From an uncultured Fibrobacteria bacterium (GTDB taxonomy: Bacteria > Fibrobacterota > Fibrobacteria > UBA11236): a DNA stretch of 64,000 bases. The translations under genes were made by a program, and so were the position numbers. This document shows positions 1 through 11,974 of the stretch, piece after piece. The stretch covers positions 1,376,001 through 1,440,000 of the forward strand of contig OY970309.1 of assembly GCA_963716395.1 (NCBI GenBank), written 5' to 3'. The notes below the pieces were generated by a model. That model did no database searches. It was not told the origin of the DNA and worked only from the letters and a program-made list of their open reading frames with translations. Each line of letters opens with the position of its first letter. Positions within the stretch are counted from its first letter, which is position 1.

Positions 1-70
1 GGGGGGTTACAATCCGTTGCTGGCGCACCGTCCGCTGCGCGAGTACTTTAAAGCCTGCAAGGAGGGTGTT

Positions 71-562
71 ATGCAAAGCAAAACTTTCATCGGAGTATGG
101 TGTGCGGCCGCGGCGCTGGCCACGGGCGTATGGGCCGGCGATCAATGCGGAATGCAGAATGAAGCGTCTGCGAATGGAGCGGCCAACAAGGTGGCCATCC
201 AAACGGCGGACATGGCCGCGCATCCCGCAGCCGATTTCCCGGAAATCGCGCGGGCCGATCTGGCCAAAGCCGTCGCGGACAAATCCGTTTTCGTGGTCGA
301 CGCCAACAGCGCCGAATCCTTCGCGGCCGGCCGCATTCCCGGCGCCGTACATTTCGACGCCGACGCGCAGACGTTTTCGGGTCCGCTCCCCAAAAACAAA
401 GAAGCGTTCATCGTGGCTTATTGCGGCGGGCCGGGTTGCCAAGCCTGGTGCGGCGCGGCTTCGGCGCTGAAGAAAATGGGTTACACCAATATTCATCACT
501 ACAAGGGCGGCATCAAAGGCTGGAAAACCGCCGGCCTGAAAGTGGATAAAAGCGAAGGCTGA
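71..562 (+). CDS. Rhodanese-like domain protein, exported
   Basis: ATG at 71 after GGAGG; signal peptide; VVDANSAESFAAGRIPGA, active-site loop YCGGPGC and YKGGIKGW rhodanese motifs. Confidence 0.85.
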   Translation: MQSKTFIGVWCAAAALATGVWAGDQCGMQNEASANGAANKVAIQTADMAAHPAADFPEIARADLAKAVADKSVFVVDANSAESFAAGRIPGAVHFDADAQTFSGPLPKNKEAFIVAYCGGPGCQAWCGAASALKKMGYTNIHHYKGGIKGWKTAGLKVDKSEG

Positions 563-597
563 ATCGGGTCGCGCCGCCGCCGCCATTGCGCCGCGAT

Positions 598-1416
598 TTA
601 TAACAACTGCATCAGCACAGAAAAGTCGGAATCGGCCAGACCGCGGCGCATGCCTTCGTCGTATTGCTGCTTGAGACCGCGCAACTGGGGTAACGGCAAA
701 GTTGCGGCGGTTTCCAGGGCCAGCCGCAAATCCTTGTCCATGTGCTTGAGCGAAAATTGCGGGGCGTAATCGCCGGCGCGCAGCTTCGGTTCCTTGAGAT
801 CGGAAATCCCCGAACGCGAGGCGTTCACTTTTAGAGCCGCGAAAAAAATTTCGTCGGGAATATTTTCGGCGCGGGCCAAGCGCAGGCTTTCGCACAGCGC
901 CTGCATTTGCAGGGCGATGTTGGCGTTCATGCACAGCTTGAGCGACGAAGCGCTGCCGAGGGGTCCGATGTGCAGCAGCGTTTGTCCCAGCCGCGAGAGC
1001 AGGGGGCGGGCGGCTTGGACCTTTGCCTCATCGCCGCCGAGATAAAACACGGTTTTGCGGGCCTCGGCGGCCGGTTTGCTGCCGGTGAAAGGCGCTTCGA
1101 GAAAGCGCGCGCCGGCGTTTTCAACGCGTTGCGCAAAGCGCCGGTTCCAGACGGCCGACACCGTACTGCATTGTATCAGCAGCGATCCCGGGCTCAACGA
1201 CGGTGCGATGCGGTCCAGCACCTGATCCACGGCCGGGGGATCCGACACCACGACCATAATGAAATCGGCGTCGCGCACGGCTTCGGCCGCGTCGGAGATG
1301 AAGCCGGGAACAGCTTTGGGCGTGCGGTTCCAAACCGTCAGAGGAATTCCGTCGGCGCGCAGGTTCGCAGCCCAGGCCTCGCCGATGATTCCCAGACCTA
1401 AAATGGTGGTTTTCAT
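598..1416 (-). CDS. NAD(P)-dependent oxidoreductase, 3-hydroxyisobutyrate dehydrogenase family
   Basis: GLGIIG Rossmann motif, WNRT, FLEAPFTGSK, catalytic LKLCMN, FSLKHMDKDL. Confidence 0.9.
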   Translation of the reverse strand: MKTTILGLGIIGEAWAANLRADGIPLTVWNRTPKAVPGFISDAAEAVRDADFIMVVVSDPPAVDQVLDRIAPSLSPGSLLIQCSTVSAVWNRRFAQRVENAGARFLEAPFTGSKPAAEARKTVFYLGGDEAKVQAARPLLSRLGQTLLHIGPLGSASSLKLCMNANIALQMQALCESLRLARAENIPDEIFFAALKVNASRSGISDLKEPKLRAGDYAPQFSLKHMDKDLRLALETAATLPLPQLRGLKQQYDEGMRRGLADSDFSVLMQLL

Positions 1417-1507
1417 TTTCCCTCCGCTGGAATCCTTATTTGCGGTTGCTTCCTGTTCATGAGTCCAATATCCCAGCGCCGGCCTTCCGGATCGCCGCCA
1501 GTTCCGG

Positions 1508-3187
<1,680 letters not shown>

Positions 3188-3850
3188 GAATTCTTCCTTG
3201 CTTGCGGATGATTACCGCCAAACTTAGAAATCGGGGGGCGCGCCTTCCGACGGCCTCCACTGGGTTTTGCCCAGGTGCACGACCGGGAGGACCACGATGG
3301 TAGTATGTGATTTACGTCACCATACCAAACACTTTGAGCGCGACGGTCCCGCCCAATTTCCTCATCCCGTTTTTTCGAAGTGGACTCGTTGGCGTTTCAT
3401 ACGGGAAGCCGAAGAGGGTGAAGTCCCCATTGCAGAAATCCGCACAGGAAGAGCTTGAGCAGAGCGGCGAGGATGAATCCGTGAAATGGCTGGATGAACC
3501 GGAAGCGACCTTGCAGGGCAGAGAGCGAAGTTTGGGTTGGCGTGAAGAAGGCGCCGATTCTGAGGAGTGAAGGATGAATTTGGAAAGTGAAAATTCGGAA
3601 AAACCCGAATTTTGGAGTCGAGCCGCAAGACGGTTGGGAAAGCAGTGGGAGGATTTGAACTAGGAAAACAGCTTCGATTTACCCATACACCACTCATTTT
3701 AGGGGATAAATTAAGAGATCAGATAACTTTGGCGAAAAAACGAGAGTATTCGCAACTTTGGGAAACCGCTTGGAATCAAAATCCGAAGTCTGCAAAAATT
3801 GGTGAGCATTGCGTAAAGACGTGGAACTTTAGAGAATCATCGAGGAGTAT

Positions 3851-5635
3851 ATGAACGCTATCAAAATTGCCGCGTTGGGATGGTTGCTTTGGGTGCCGGC
3901 ATCCGCGCAATTCACCTCCAGTAGTTGTCCCGGCGGAGCGGGTGCAACCTTGGCCCCCTCGGATTTCACCTTCACCGAGCTCGCCAAAGGCTCGAACTCG
4001 GTTTGGAACGAGCCGGTGAGTTTCGACTTGCAAGGCGTTTATAATGCCGCCGGGGATTCGGTCACCCAAGTCAACATGTTCTTCGCGGAACGCACCACCG
4101 GCAATGTCATGTATTACGACGGAGCCACCGGTAAATTGAGCGTGGCCGGCACGATTCCCACTTACGGGCAGACGCATACCGGCGAACAAGACAATGGTCT
4201 GATGGGGGTGGTGGTCGATCCCAATTACAACACCGATCGCTTCATCTACGTCTGGTTTTCGGCGCCGATAGCCAACCCGAATGATAATCGCCGCATGCGG
4301 TTGGCGCGCATCAAGGTCAATGCCGACAATACCTTGAACATGTCGTCTGAGCAGATCATGATCGACATTCTCGAGAGTAAAAGCGATCAATGGCATACCG
4401 GTGGGCCGATGCAATTCGACAGCTATGGCGATCTCTGGGGCACCATGGGAAACAACAGTACTGATGTGGATCCCGCGGGAGATCAAATCGGCTCGACCGA
4501 CAGTTCCAACACTGCCATGTGGGGCCCGCCCAACACGGCCAGCCTGCGGGGCGGCATTTGGCGCATTCATCCCGACACGACTGCAACTTCGGTCGACACG
4601 GTCGGGCGCAGCATTTATGGGCCGGGATATACCATTCCCGCCGGCAATTTCGGCGATTACTGGGCGACGCAATTTCAAAGCCAGGGTCTTACCGGCTTGG
4701 CGGCGGAATACCGCAATCCCAAGAAAGTGCTTCCGGAGATTTACGTGAAGGGCGAGCGCAGCAATTTTTCCCTGCACATCGATGCCAAAAAGCGTTGGCT
4801 CACTTGGGGAACGGTGAATTACAATTCCGACGCCGACGAGTTTAATTTGGTCACCCATCCCGCCTTTACGGGCATGCCTTTTTGGGAAGGCAACAACCGG
4901 CAATTACCGTGGCCGAGCGGTTATAGCAACAATCTGAATATGCCCACCAACTTCTCTCCTTTTAACAGCGGGGTCGACACCTTGCCTCCCGCCACTCCCA
5001 GCGTGTTTGCCTGCTGCTCGCCCATGAGCAACAATACGGCCATGGGCGGTCCGATTTACGAATTCAATCCCTATTTGAAAAACCGGGGAAAGCTGCCGCC
5101 CCATTTCAATAACTATTGGTTCAACATGAATTTTCAGGCAAGCACGATTTGGACCAGCCCGGTGGATACGACCAACCCGACCGCCCCGGGAACTCCGGTG
5201 CAATTGAGCGGTACGGGAAAACTGTGGGCCAATTTGCCCTTGCGCAGTCCTTTGAGTATCAAGGTCGGTCCGGACGGGGCGATGTACATCCTGAACTACG
5301 ATGGCTATTACAGCACGATGAACCCGAGCGTTGCCCGAGTGACTTATACTGGAAGTTGTGTGGTGGTGGCATCGGTCGCGGTGAAGCCCAAGATCACCGA
5401 ACCCGAAGTCGAGTTCTCCGTCACCCAAAACGATTTTTGGATTGGCGAACAGGGGCCGCATGAATTCAGCTTATACGATCTGCAAGGCCACCGCTTGGTG
5501 CGATTGTTGGGGACCGGCCCTACCCAGTATTCCTTTGCCGACTTGCACAGCCGCTATCAATTGAAGGCCGGCATCTATCTGGCCCGTCTGCAAACGACGC
5601 GGGGAACGCTGTTCCGTAAAATTTCGATGTTCTGA
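3851..5635 (+). CDS. Secreted PQQ-dependent sugar dehydrogenase (GSDH beta-propeller) with T9SS-like C-terminal domain
   Basis: Signal peptide; GLMGVVVDPNY..FIYVWF, HTGGPMQF, LRGGIWRIHP, PEIYVKG, GPDGAMYIL; C-terminal YDLQGH...AGIYL. Confidence 0.8.
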   Translation: MNAIKIAALGWLLWVPASAQFTSSSCPGGAGATLAPSDFTFTELAKGSNSVWNEPVSFDLQGVYNAAGDSVTQVNMFFAERTTGNVMYYDGATGKLSVAGTIPTYGQTHTGEQDNGLMGVVVDPNYNTDRFIYVWFSAPIANPNDNRRMRLARIKVNADNTLNMSSEQIMIDILESKSDQWHTGGPMQFDSYGDLWGTMGNNSTDVDPAGDQIGSTDSSNTAMWGPPNTASLRGGIWRIHPDTTATSVDTVGRSIYGPGYTIPAGNFGDYWATQFQSQGLTGLAAEYRNPKKVLPEIYVKGERSNFSLHIDAKKRWLTWGTVNYNSDADEFNLVTHPAFTGMPFWEGNNRQLPWPSGYSNNLNMPTNFSPFNSGVDTLPPATPSVFACCSPMSNNTAMGGPIYEFNPYLKNRGKLPPHFNNYWFNMNFQASTIWTSPVDTTNPTAPGTPVQLSGTGKLWANLPLRSPLSIKVGPDGAMYILNYDGYYSTMNPSVARVTYTGSCVVVASVAVKPKITEPEVEFSVTQNDFWIGEQGPHEFSLYDLQGHRLVRLLGTGPTQYSFADLHSRYQLKAGIYLARLQTTRGTLFRKISMF

Positions 5636-5726
5636 TCGAGAAGTTTCGATTTACCTACGCCCGCTTCCGCTCTCTCCGACGTCAAAACCCCTGGCATTCA
5701 CGGGCCCGTGCCGGTATTTTCCGGGC

Positions 5727-6491
5727 ATGCAGGCTTCGACCCATTTTATCGCCTTCCGTCCCTGGGGCCGAGTGCATGGGGCGGCTCTGTTGGTCATTTT
5801 CGCGATCACCGTCGGCCTGCCGCTGGGGACATTGCGTCTGCATTCCGCCCGGATGGTAGAAGCGGTGGCCATTGGTCTGGGTTGTGTTCTGCTTGCCTCC
5901 GAGTTGTGCCCGCTGATCTGGTACGGCTCCCAGGGCGTACCCTGGGGCGATTTGCTTCCGCTTGATCTCTGCGACTTGACGGTTTTCACCACCGCCGCTG
6001 CGCTATTCCTCCGCCGGCCCTTTTTGTACGAGCTCGCTTATTTCTGGGGCATGGGTGGAACCTTGCAGGCCTTGCTGACTCCCGAGCTGCAAAACGGTTT
6101 TCCCAGCCTCGATTTCTGGTTCTTCTTCGTGCCGCACGGAATGGTCATGGTCGGAGTGATCTATGCGACCGCGGTGCTGGGATTGCGCCCCTGGCCGCGT
6201 TCCATCTTGCGCGTATTCCTGTGCACGGCCGCACTGGCGGTGTTGGTCACCCCGGTCGATTGGCTCTTGCATGCGAACTATCTCTTTCTTTGCCGCAAGC
6301 CCGAAGCTGCCTCCCTTCTGAACTATTTGGGTCCCTGGCCTTGGTATCTTCTCAGCCTCGTGCCCGTGACCTTGGCCTTTCTCGTGCTCGGGTATTTGCC
6401 TTTCTGGTGGAAGGATCGATGGGCCCGAACCCACGGCGCGAAAACCGGCGCGGCCCGCGTCCGCAGGCGCGGGGTCCATCCCCCGCCCTGA
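5727..6491 (+). CDS. YwaF/TIGR02206-family membrane protein
   Basis: LPLDLCD, LQALLTP, FFVPHG, ANYLFL..KP..SLLNYLGPWPWY motifs; multiple TM helices. Confidence 0.85.
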   Translation: MQASTHFIAFRPWGRVHGAALLVIFAITVGLPLGTLRLHSARMVEAVAIGLGCVLLASELCPLIWYGSQGVPWGDLLPLDLCDLTVFTTAAALFLRRPFLYELAYFWGMGGTLQALLTPELQNGFPSLDFWFFFVPHGMVMVGVIYATAVLGLRPWPRSILRVFLCTAALAVLVTPVDWLLHANYLFLCRKPEAASLLNYLGPWPWYLLSLVPVTLAFLVLGYLPFWWKDRWARTHGAKTGAARVRRRGVHPPP

Positions 6492-6564
6492 ACAAAGCGG
6501 TCTGGCGGCGGTCCGCCCCGGGGAAAGCGTGGACATTATTTTCAAAGGGGATACCGGGGAAAAA

Positions 6565-9500
6565 ATGAGGATCGAAATTTGCCGATGGGTAGGGACGACG
6601 TTGGTGCTGGCGTGGGGGGCTTGGCCGGTTTGCGCCGCCGACGCGAATTTTGCCGGAGCGGAATGGAATCGTTTGGCGCCGCAGAAAGTCCTGGCGGCCG
6701 TGGCGAAGATCACGCCGGCACAATACCCGAATTGCGATGCCGTCCTGGTTGAGGAAAACAGCGTACGCGACTATAACACCGACGGCACGGGCGAAAGTCA
6801 GGACGAGTCGTTCACCAAGGTGCTCACCGAAAAGGGCAAACGCGAGAACCGCACGCTGTCGTTCTTTTTCATGCTGCCGTATTGGACGGTTTCGGTCGCA
6901 AAGTTGGAGGTGATTCCTCCGGACGGTACCCCGATTCCCGTGGACGTGCCGGCCAATTCCAAGGTGTCCATTGAAACCAGCCAGATGGCCATGAACATTT
7001 ACGATCCGAACGACAAAATTCTTCAGGTCAACATTCCGCAACTGGAAATCGGCGATGTGGTTCACCTCGTCGTGCGCCAGATCACTCACCGCTCGATCAT
7101 GCCCAATGAATTCGACGATGAAAACATCTTCGAAGGGACGGGCTTCATCCGGCATTGGTCCTACATCGTGCACGCGCCGGCCGGTTTGCCGCTGGTCCGC
7201 ATCGGTTTGCGCGATACCATTCCCGGAACCGTTGCCTATTCCACCCGAACCCAGGGCGATCACGTTCTTTATGATTGGGAAGTCAACCACGTGCCGCGCA
7301 TGTTCGACGAGCCCGATATGCCGCCCGATGATCAAGTGTTGCAACGCCTCTTCGTCAGCACGGTGCCGACGTGGCAGGACGTTTCCCAATGGTATTGGAA
7401 CCTAAGCCTGCCGCATCTGCAAAAGACGACGCCGGAGATGAAGAAAACCGTGGCCGCGTTGACGACGAACCAGCCGACCGACTTGGACAAGATCAAAGCG
7501 TTGTTTTATTACGTCTCCAACAACATCCGTTACATGGGCGTGACGCCGGAAACCAACCGGCCGGGATTCGAGCCGCATGACGTGAGCCTCACCTTCGACA
7601 AAAAGTACGGCGTTTGCCGCGACAAGGCAGGATTGCTGGTGGAAATGTTGCGATTGGCGGGCTTCCCGGCCTATCCCGTTTTGATCAACGTCGGCGCCAA
7701 ACGCGATCCGGGCGTGCCCCAGCCGTATTTCAACCACGCCATTGTCGGCGTGGAACTAAAACAAGGCCAGTACACGCTGATGGACCCGACGGACGAAAAC
7801 ACCCGCGCCTTATTGCCGTCCTACGATGGTAATCGCAGCTATCTGGTTTGCAAGCCGGACGGCGAAACGCTGCGCGTCAGTCCGGTGCCGCCGGTGGCCG
7901 AACACATGCTGCTTGTGAAAACCACCGGCGCGCTGGACGCCGACGGCCGGCTGCAGGCCGTCTCGGATTTTTCCTTCTTCGGCGTGAACGACGACGAATA
8001 TCGCAATGCCTTTGCGCAGATGAAGCCCGACGAACAGAAGCGCTTTTTTGAAGAGCGGCTCAAGGATGGAATTCCGGGACTGAAATTGGCTTCGTTTAAA
8101 ATCATTCCGAAAAATGTTCTCAACACCGAGGTACCGCTGCGCGTCGAGCTGAAATTCAGCGCCAGCGGCCTCACGGCCAACGGCGGCGGTAAATCCGTGG
8201 TCAGCCTGCCTTGGGTCGCCGGCGAGTTGGGCGTCGCCAACCGCATCCTCATCGGCGCGACGGGCCTGCGACAAAGAAAATATCCGCTCAACCCCCAGTT
8301 GACCTGCGGCGTGCGCGAGGACCTCTCCTTGAAATTGACCGGCGGATTCGGCGCGCCGCTGTCCATTCCCCGATTCGCCGCGGTCGACGACTCCGGCTTC
8401 GCTTACGACGAAAATGTCACCTTCACGCATGACACCCTGAACGGCTCGCGTGAATTTTTGCTGAAGAAAGTCGAATTTTCGCCCGCAGAATACCTCGAAC
8501 TCAAGCACACGCTCAAGCAGAAAGCTTATGATCGGCGCAAAAGTCTCATTCTGGCTCTCAAGGCAAACACTATCATGGAGGCGACGCCTGCGGCCAAACT
8601 CTCCGCCGAGCCTCCCGCGGAATCGGACGCCAGAATTCTCCAAAGCCAAAAGACGCTGGTTGTCCAAGACGCCCACACGGCGATTTATCACGTGAAATAT
8701 TCCAAATTGATTTTGACCTATAACGGAAAAATCAACGAATCCGAAGTGAAAATCCCGTATAATCCGGCGTGCGAAGCAGCGAAAATCCTACGTGCCGTCG
8801 TGATTTCTAAAAGCGGTCAACGCCAGACAATTTCCCCGGATGAAATCAACGTCATGGACCAGGAATGGAACGCGGGCGCCCAACGTTATACCGGCGGCAA
8901 GATACTCGTGGCCAGCCTGCCCGGTGTGGAAATCGGCTCGACCCTTGATGTGGAGTTCGCGATTACCATGCATGATATGCCCTATCTCTCCGATTTTGAA
9001 TCGTTTCAATTTCCCGATGCGCTGGACGAAAAATCGTTTGTATTGACCGCGCCCGCGGACGTGAAAATCGAGACGTGGGTCACCGGCTCCCCCGATGTCG
9101 TGACGGAACAGGAGAGTACCGCCAACGGTGTTCAGACCCTTGACTGGCGGGCCAAAAACGTCAAGGCGCTGCTGTCGGAACCGCAACTGCCGCCCCTGTG
9201 GGCGTACGACGCAGGCGTGGATTATTTTGTCGGCAATCCGAAGGCATATTGGCAGGCGGTGCAGGACACCCTGCTCGTGCGGGCGCAAAATTCGGTCCAG
9301 GCCGCGGCGCTTGCACAACGCTTGACCGCCGATGCCCACACCAAATTGGACGCGGTAAAAGCGATCCGCGATTTCATCGCCGAAAACATTCGCGATGCCG
9401 GCCCATCGTTCGCGACCTTGCCGCTGCGCGAACTTTCGGACGCCGACACGACGCTCGCCGACGGCTACGGCCACGCCGCCGACCGCGCCATTTTGTTCTA

Positions 9501-10407
9501 CGCCATGCTGCGCGCCACCGGTTTTCAGCCGCAAATTGTCATGGCATCGGGTTTGCCTCCCCTCTCCGACATCAAAAAAATCTCCCTCTCCTTCCCGCTG
9601 CCGGACGATTTTCAAACGCCGCTGGTGAGAGTCGCCGTGGACGGCGCCGATTATTATCTGAACGACGGCGATCAATACGCGCAGTTGGGCACCACCGCTT
9701 TTAACGACAATCTTGGCCTGGCGCTGCCCGGCCAAAAACAAATGACCATTCAGGCCGCTAAAAATTGCGAGAACAAAACCGAGACCGATTACGCCGTCTC
9801 ACTTTCAGCCGATGGCAAGGCGAAGATCAAAATTTCCACGCGCTATTACGGCGAGGCTTACAACCAAAAGCACAAGTTTTTCGCGGAACTGCCCCCGGAG
9901 GAACGAAACCATTATTTTCAGGAGGCCGTGTCGGACGTGGCGCAAGGCGCCCAAGCTGTCGGCGAACTGACGACAAAATTCGATCAGTACCCCGGCCTGG
10001 AGGAATTCACCGTGGAACAAGATGACTACGGCGTCGCCAGTGGAAAATATTTTTACTTCGGTCTGCCGTTCACGCCTCCATTTTTTGCGACCGCCGCCGA
10101 CCAACGCTCGCTGCCTTTGTTCCTCTCCGACGAAACGGAAAGAATCGTCCGCGCGAAAATTGATCTCCCCGCCGGCTTCCGTCCCACCGACATCGCCCCA
10201 AGGAGCAAACGCTACACCGCGCCGGGTGGCTCGTGGATTGACGTCACCAACACCAGGGCGGACGGCCAATACCTCGTCGCGGAAAAATTTGCCGCCACTC
10301 CGGCCATCATCGCACCGCAGGATTATCCAAAGTTGCTCGACATCCAATCGGCATTGGGCCAGAAATCGGAAGGCACCTTTCTCTTGGAGCGGGGCCCCAC
10401 GAATTGA
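6565..10407 (+). CDS. Exported protein with two DUF3857 + transglutaminase-like modules
   Basis: Probable ATG at 6565 with signal peptide; module 1 has YGVCRDKAGLL / FNHAI / MDPT triad; module 2 has PGVEIGS and YGHAADRAIL. Confidence 0.85.
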   Translation: MRIEICRWVGTTLVLAWGAWPVCAADANFAGAEWNRLAPQKVLAAVAKITPAQYPNCDAVLVEENSVRDYNTDGTGESQDESFTKVLTEKGKRENRTLSFFFMLPYWTVSVAKLEVIPPDGTPIPVDVPANSKVSIETSQMAMNIYDPNDKILQVNIPQLEIGDVVHLVVRQITHRSIMPNEFDDENIFEGTGFIRHWSYIVHAPAGLPLVRIGLRDTIPGTVAYSTRTQGDHVLYDWEVNHVPRMFDEPDMPPDDQVLQRLFVSTVPTWQDVSQWYWNLSLPHLQKTTPEMKKTVAALTTNQPTDLDKIKALFYYVSNNIRYMGVTPETNRPGFEPHDVSLTFDKKYGVCRDKAGLLVEMLRLAGFPAYPVLINVGAKRDPGVPQPYFNHAIVGVELKQGQYTLMDPTDENTRALLPSYDGNRSYLVCKPDGETLRVSPVPPVAEHMLLVKTTGALDADGRLQAVSDFSFFGVNDDEYRNAFAQMKPDEQKRFFEERLKDGIPGLKLASFKIIPKNVLNTEVPLRVELKFSASGLTANGGGKSVVSLPWVAGELGVANRILIGATGLRQRKYPLNPQLTCGVREDLSLKLTGGFGAPLSIPRFAAVDDSGFAYDENVTFTHDTLNGSREFLLKKVEFSPAEYLELKHTLKQKAYDRRKSLILALKANTIMEATPAAKLSAEPPAESDARILQSQKTLVVQDAHTAIYHVKYSKLILTYNGKINESEVKIPYNPACEAAKILRAVVISKSGQRQTISPDEINVMDQEWNAGAQRYTGGKILVASLPGVEIGSTLDVEFAITMHDMPYLSDFESFQFPDALDEKSFVLTAPADVKIETWVTGSPDVVTEQESTANGVQTLDWRAKNVKALLSEPQLPPLWAYDAGVDYFVGNPKAYWQAVQDTLLVRAQNSVQAAALAQRLTADAHTKLDAVKAIRDFIAENIRDAGPSFATLPLRELSDADTTLADGYGHAADRAILFYAMLRATGFQPQIVMASGLPPLSDIKKISLSFPLPDDFQTPLVRVAVDGADYYLNDGDQYAQLGTTAFNDNLGLALPGQKQMTIQAAKNCENKTETDYAVSLSADGKAKIKISTRYYGEAYNQKHKFFAELPPEERNHYFQEAVSDVAQGAQAVGELTTKFDQYPGLEEFTVEQDDYGVASGKYFYFGLPFTPPFFATAADQRSLPLFLSDETERIVRAKIDLPAGFRPTDIAPRSKRYTAPGGSWIDVTNTRADGQYLVAEKFAATPAIIAPQDYPKLLDIQSALGQKSEGTFLLERGPTN

Positions 10408-10572
10408 AAAGCAGGGGGGAAATTCGAATCTGTTTTCAGTTCAACCACCTGCGCCCTCAGAGGTGGGCCCACAGCCATAGGTTGACAGCGCAGCCATGAA
10501 CGCGTCCCGTGCCGCAGCCCCGTGCATCACCGGATCACCCCGACGAAAGCAAAGCAAAAGTTACCGATGCTC

Positions 10573-10902
10573 TCATTCAGAGCCGGCTGGCCGGGTGGTA
10601 TTGAAGCTGTAGCTGGCCACGGTTCCTTTGTCGTTGAAAACAATTTTCAAGTCATCCGCTTCCGCCTGGCCGAACAAAGAAATGTGGTAGTAGCCGAAGG
10701 TCCAACTGGTTTCGCCGTCCTCGATTCCGGTTCTCCAGGGATTGCCGAAAGCGGCCTGTATCTCCTGGCGGGTGGTCTGACCGATTTTGATTTTCTGCAC
10801 GGCCTGGCTGGGAACGGGTTTTCCCACCGTGGCGCAACCGGCCAGGATTCCTCCGGCCAGAGCGATTGGAAGGAGCCGAAGTTTCACTTTTCTCTTGCGC
10901 AT
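10573..10902 (-). CDS. BamE/SmpA-OmlA-like outer membrane lipoprotein
   Basis: Lipobox LAGC; IKIGQTTRQEI..FGNP, WTFGY, LKIVFNDKGTV. Confidence 0.75.
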   Translation of the reverse strand: MRKRKVKLRLLPIALAGGILAGCATVGKPVPSQAVQKIKIGQTTRQEIQAAFGNPWRTGIEDGETSWTFGYYHISLFGQAEADDLKIVFNDKGTVASYSFNTTRPAGSE

Positions 10903-10970
10903 GATTTCCACCTTCCGGAGCTGATGGTGATCCCCGGCCCTCGCGTCGATTGCCGGTATACCTTCCTAAG

Positions 10971-11401
10971 TTAAGAAAGGGCGGTGGCGGACAGCGCAAA
11001 CGAAAACACATACGCCTGGCTTGGATGCGCCGGCGGAATATACTTGGCGGCACCGAGCGCCAGCATCAGTATCAAGAAGATGCCGAAAAAGAACATCGCG
11101 ATTCCGTACCCGGTCCTTTGCCGAAACGTTTGGCCAATTCGATACTGACTTTAAATCCAATGACGAAGTTCACAATCGGAATGAAGCACAGAATCAGCCA
11201 CCAAATAGGCTTGCCGCATATTTCAAGAATGACAATCACGTTGTATATGGGAATGATTGACGCCCATCCCGGTTTACCCGCCTTGAGGAATAGCTTCCAG
11301 CAGACCAAAATGTAAAAAGCCACCACCATAAACCAGACGAATGCCGTCGTCACAATACCGCCAGTCGACATGTTGCCCGAGGTTGAGCAATCCCAATGCA
11401 T
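10971..11401 (-). pseudogene. DUF5684-family membrane protein, frameshifted near 11112 (pseudogene or sequence error)
   Basis: WKLFLKAGKPGWASIIPIYN motif; the expected C-terminus YGIAMFFFGIFLILMLALGAAKY continues in another frame to TAA ending at 10971. Confidence 0.75.
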
Positions 11402-11698
11402 TTCGAATTCCTCTTTTGATTTTGATGAAACCGATCCGAATCAAAATTGCATTCCCATCCGGGCGCCATGGTTGCGATTCCATGCGGATAGGGGTTTTGT
11501 GATGATTATCACATGTCGGCGGAATGCTTCCTAACTTGCGGATGGTTGCAAACTTAAAATCGTGGATCTGGGATTCGGACTTTCATGGCGAAAGAGGGCT
11601 CCTGCCATTTTGGATGGCCATCACCTAGTTTTGCGGAAGATTCAATGCCAAGCGACAAAGAGCCTCCACAAGCCGCGGTGGAAGGTTGAACGGCTCTT

Positions 11699-11843
11699 TC
11701 AGATCCGCTGGCCGAACAAGCCTATCAATCCGATGACGATGAGATATAAGGCAACGATGTAACTCAGCAGCCTGGGCATGACCAGAACTGAGAACCCCGG
11801 CGATCAAGGCCAGAATGGGTTCGAAGAGGATGTGAACAGTCAT
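11699..11843 (-). pseudogene. DUF3096-family small membrane protein, one extra base near 11789 (pseudogene or sequence error)
   Basis: GGAG RBS and ATG; MTVHILFEPILALIAGVL, then after a 1-nt shift VLVMPRLLSYIVALYLIVIGLIGLFGQRI*; span 145 nt = 48 codons + 1. Confidence 0.75.
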
Positions 11844-11974
11844 AGTTGCTCCTTTCGTAACGTCTGCTCGCTGGAACATCTTTCAAGATACAATCCGTTC
11901 CGGAGGGTGGATAGCCGGAGCATTTCCCACTAATGCGTGGCGCGAATTCCCATTCGGCAACAGGTTCTATATCA

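Noticed and set aside
3400-3700. RNase P RNA-like words (gaagtcc, ggaaagtg)
   Set aside because: Conserved GAGGAAAGTCC and the 3' P4 partner are absent
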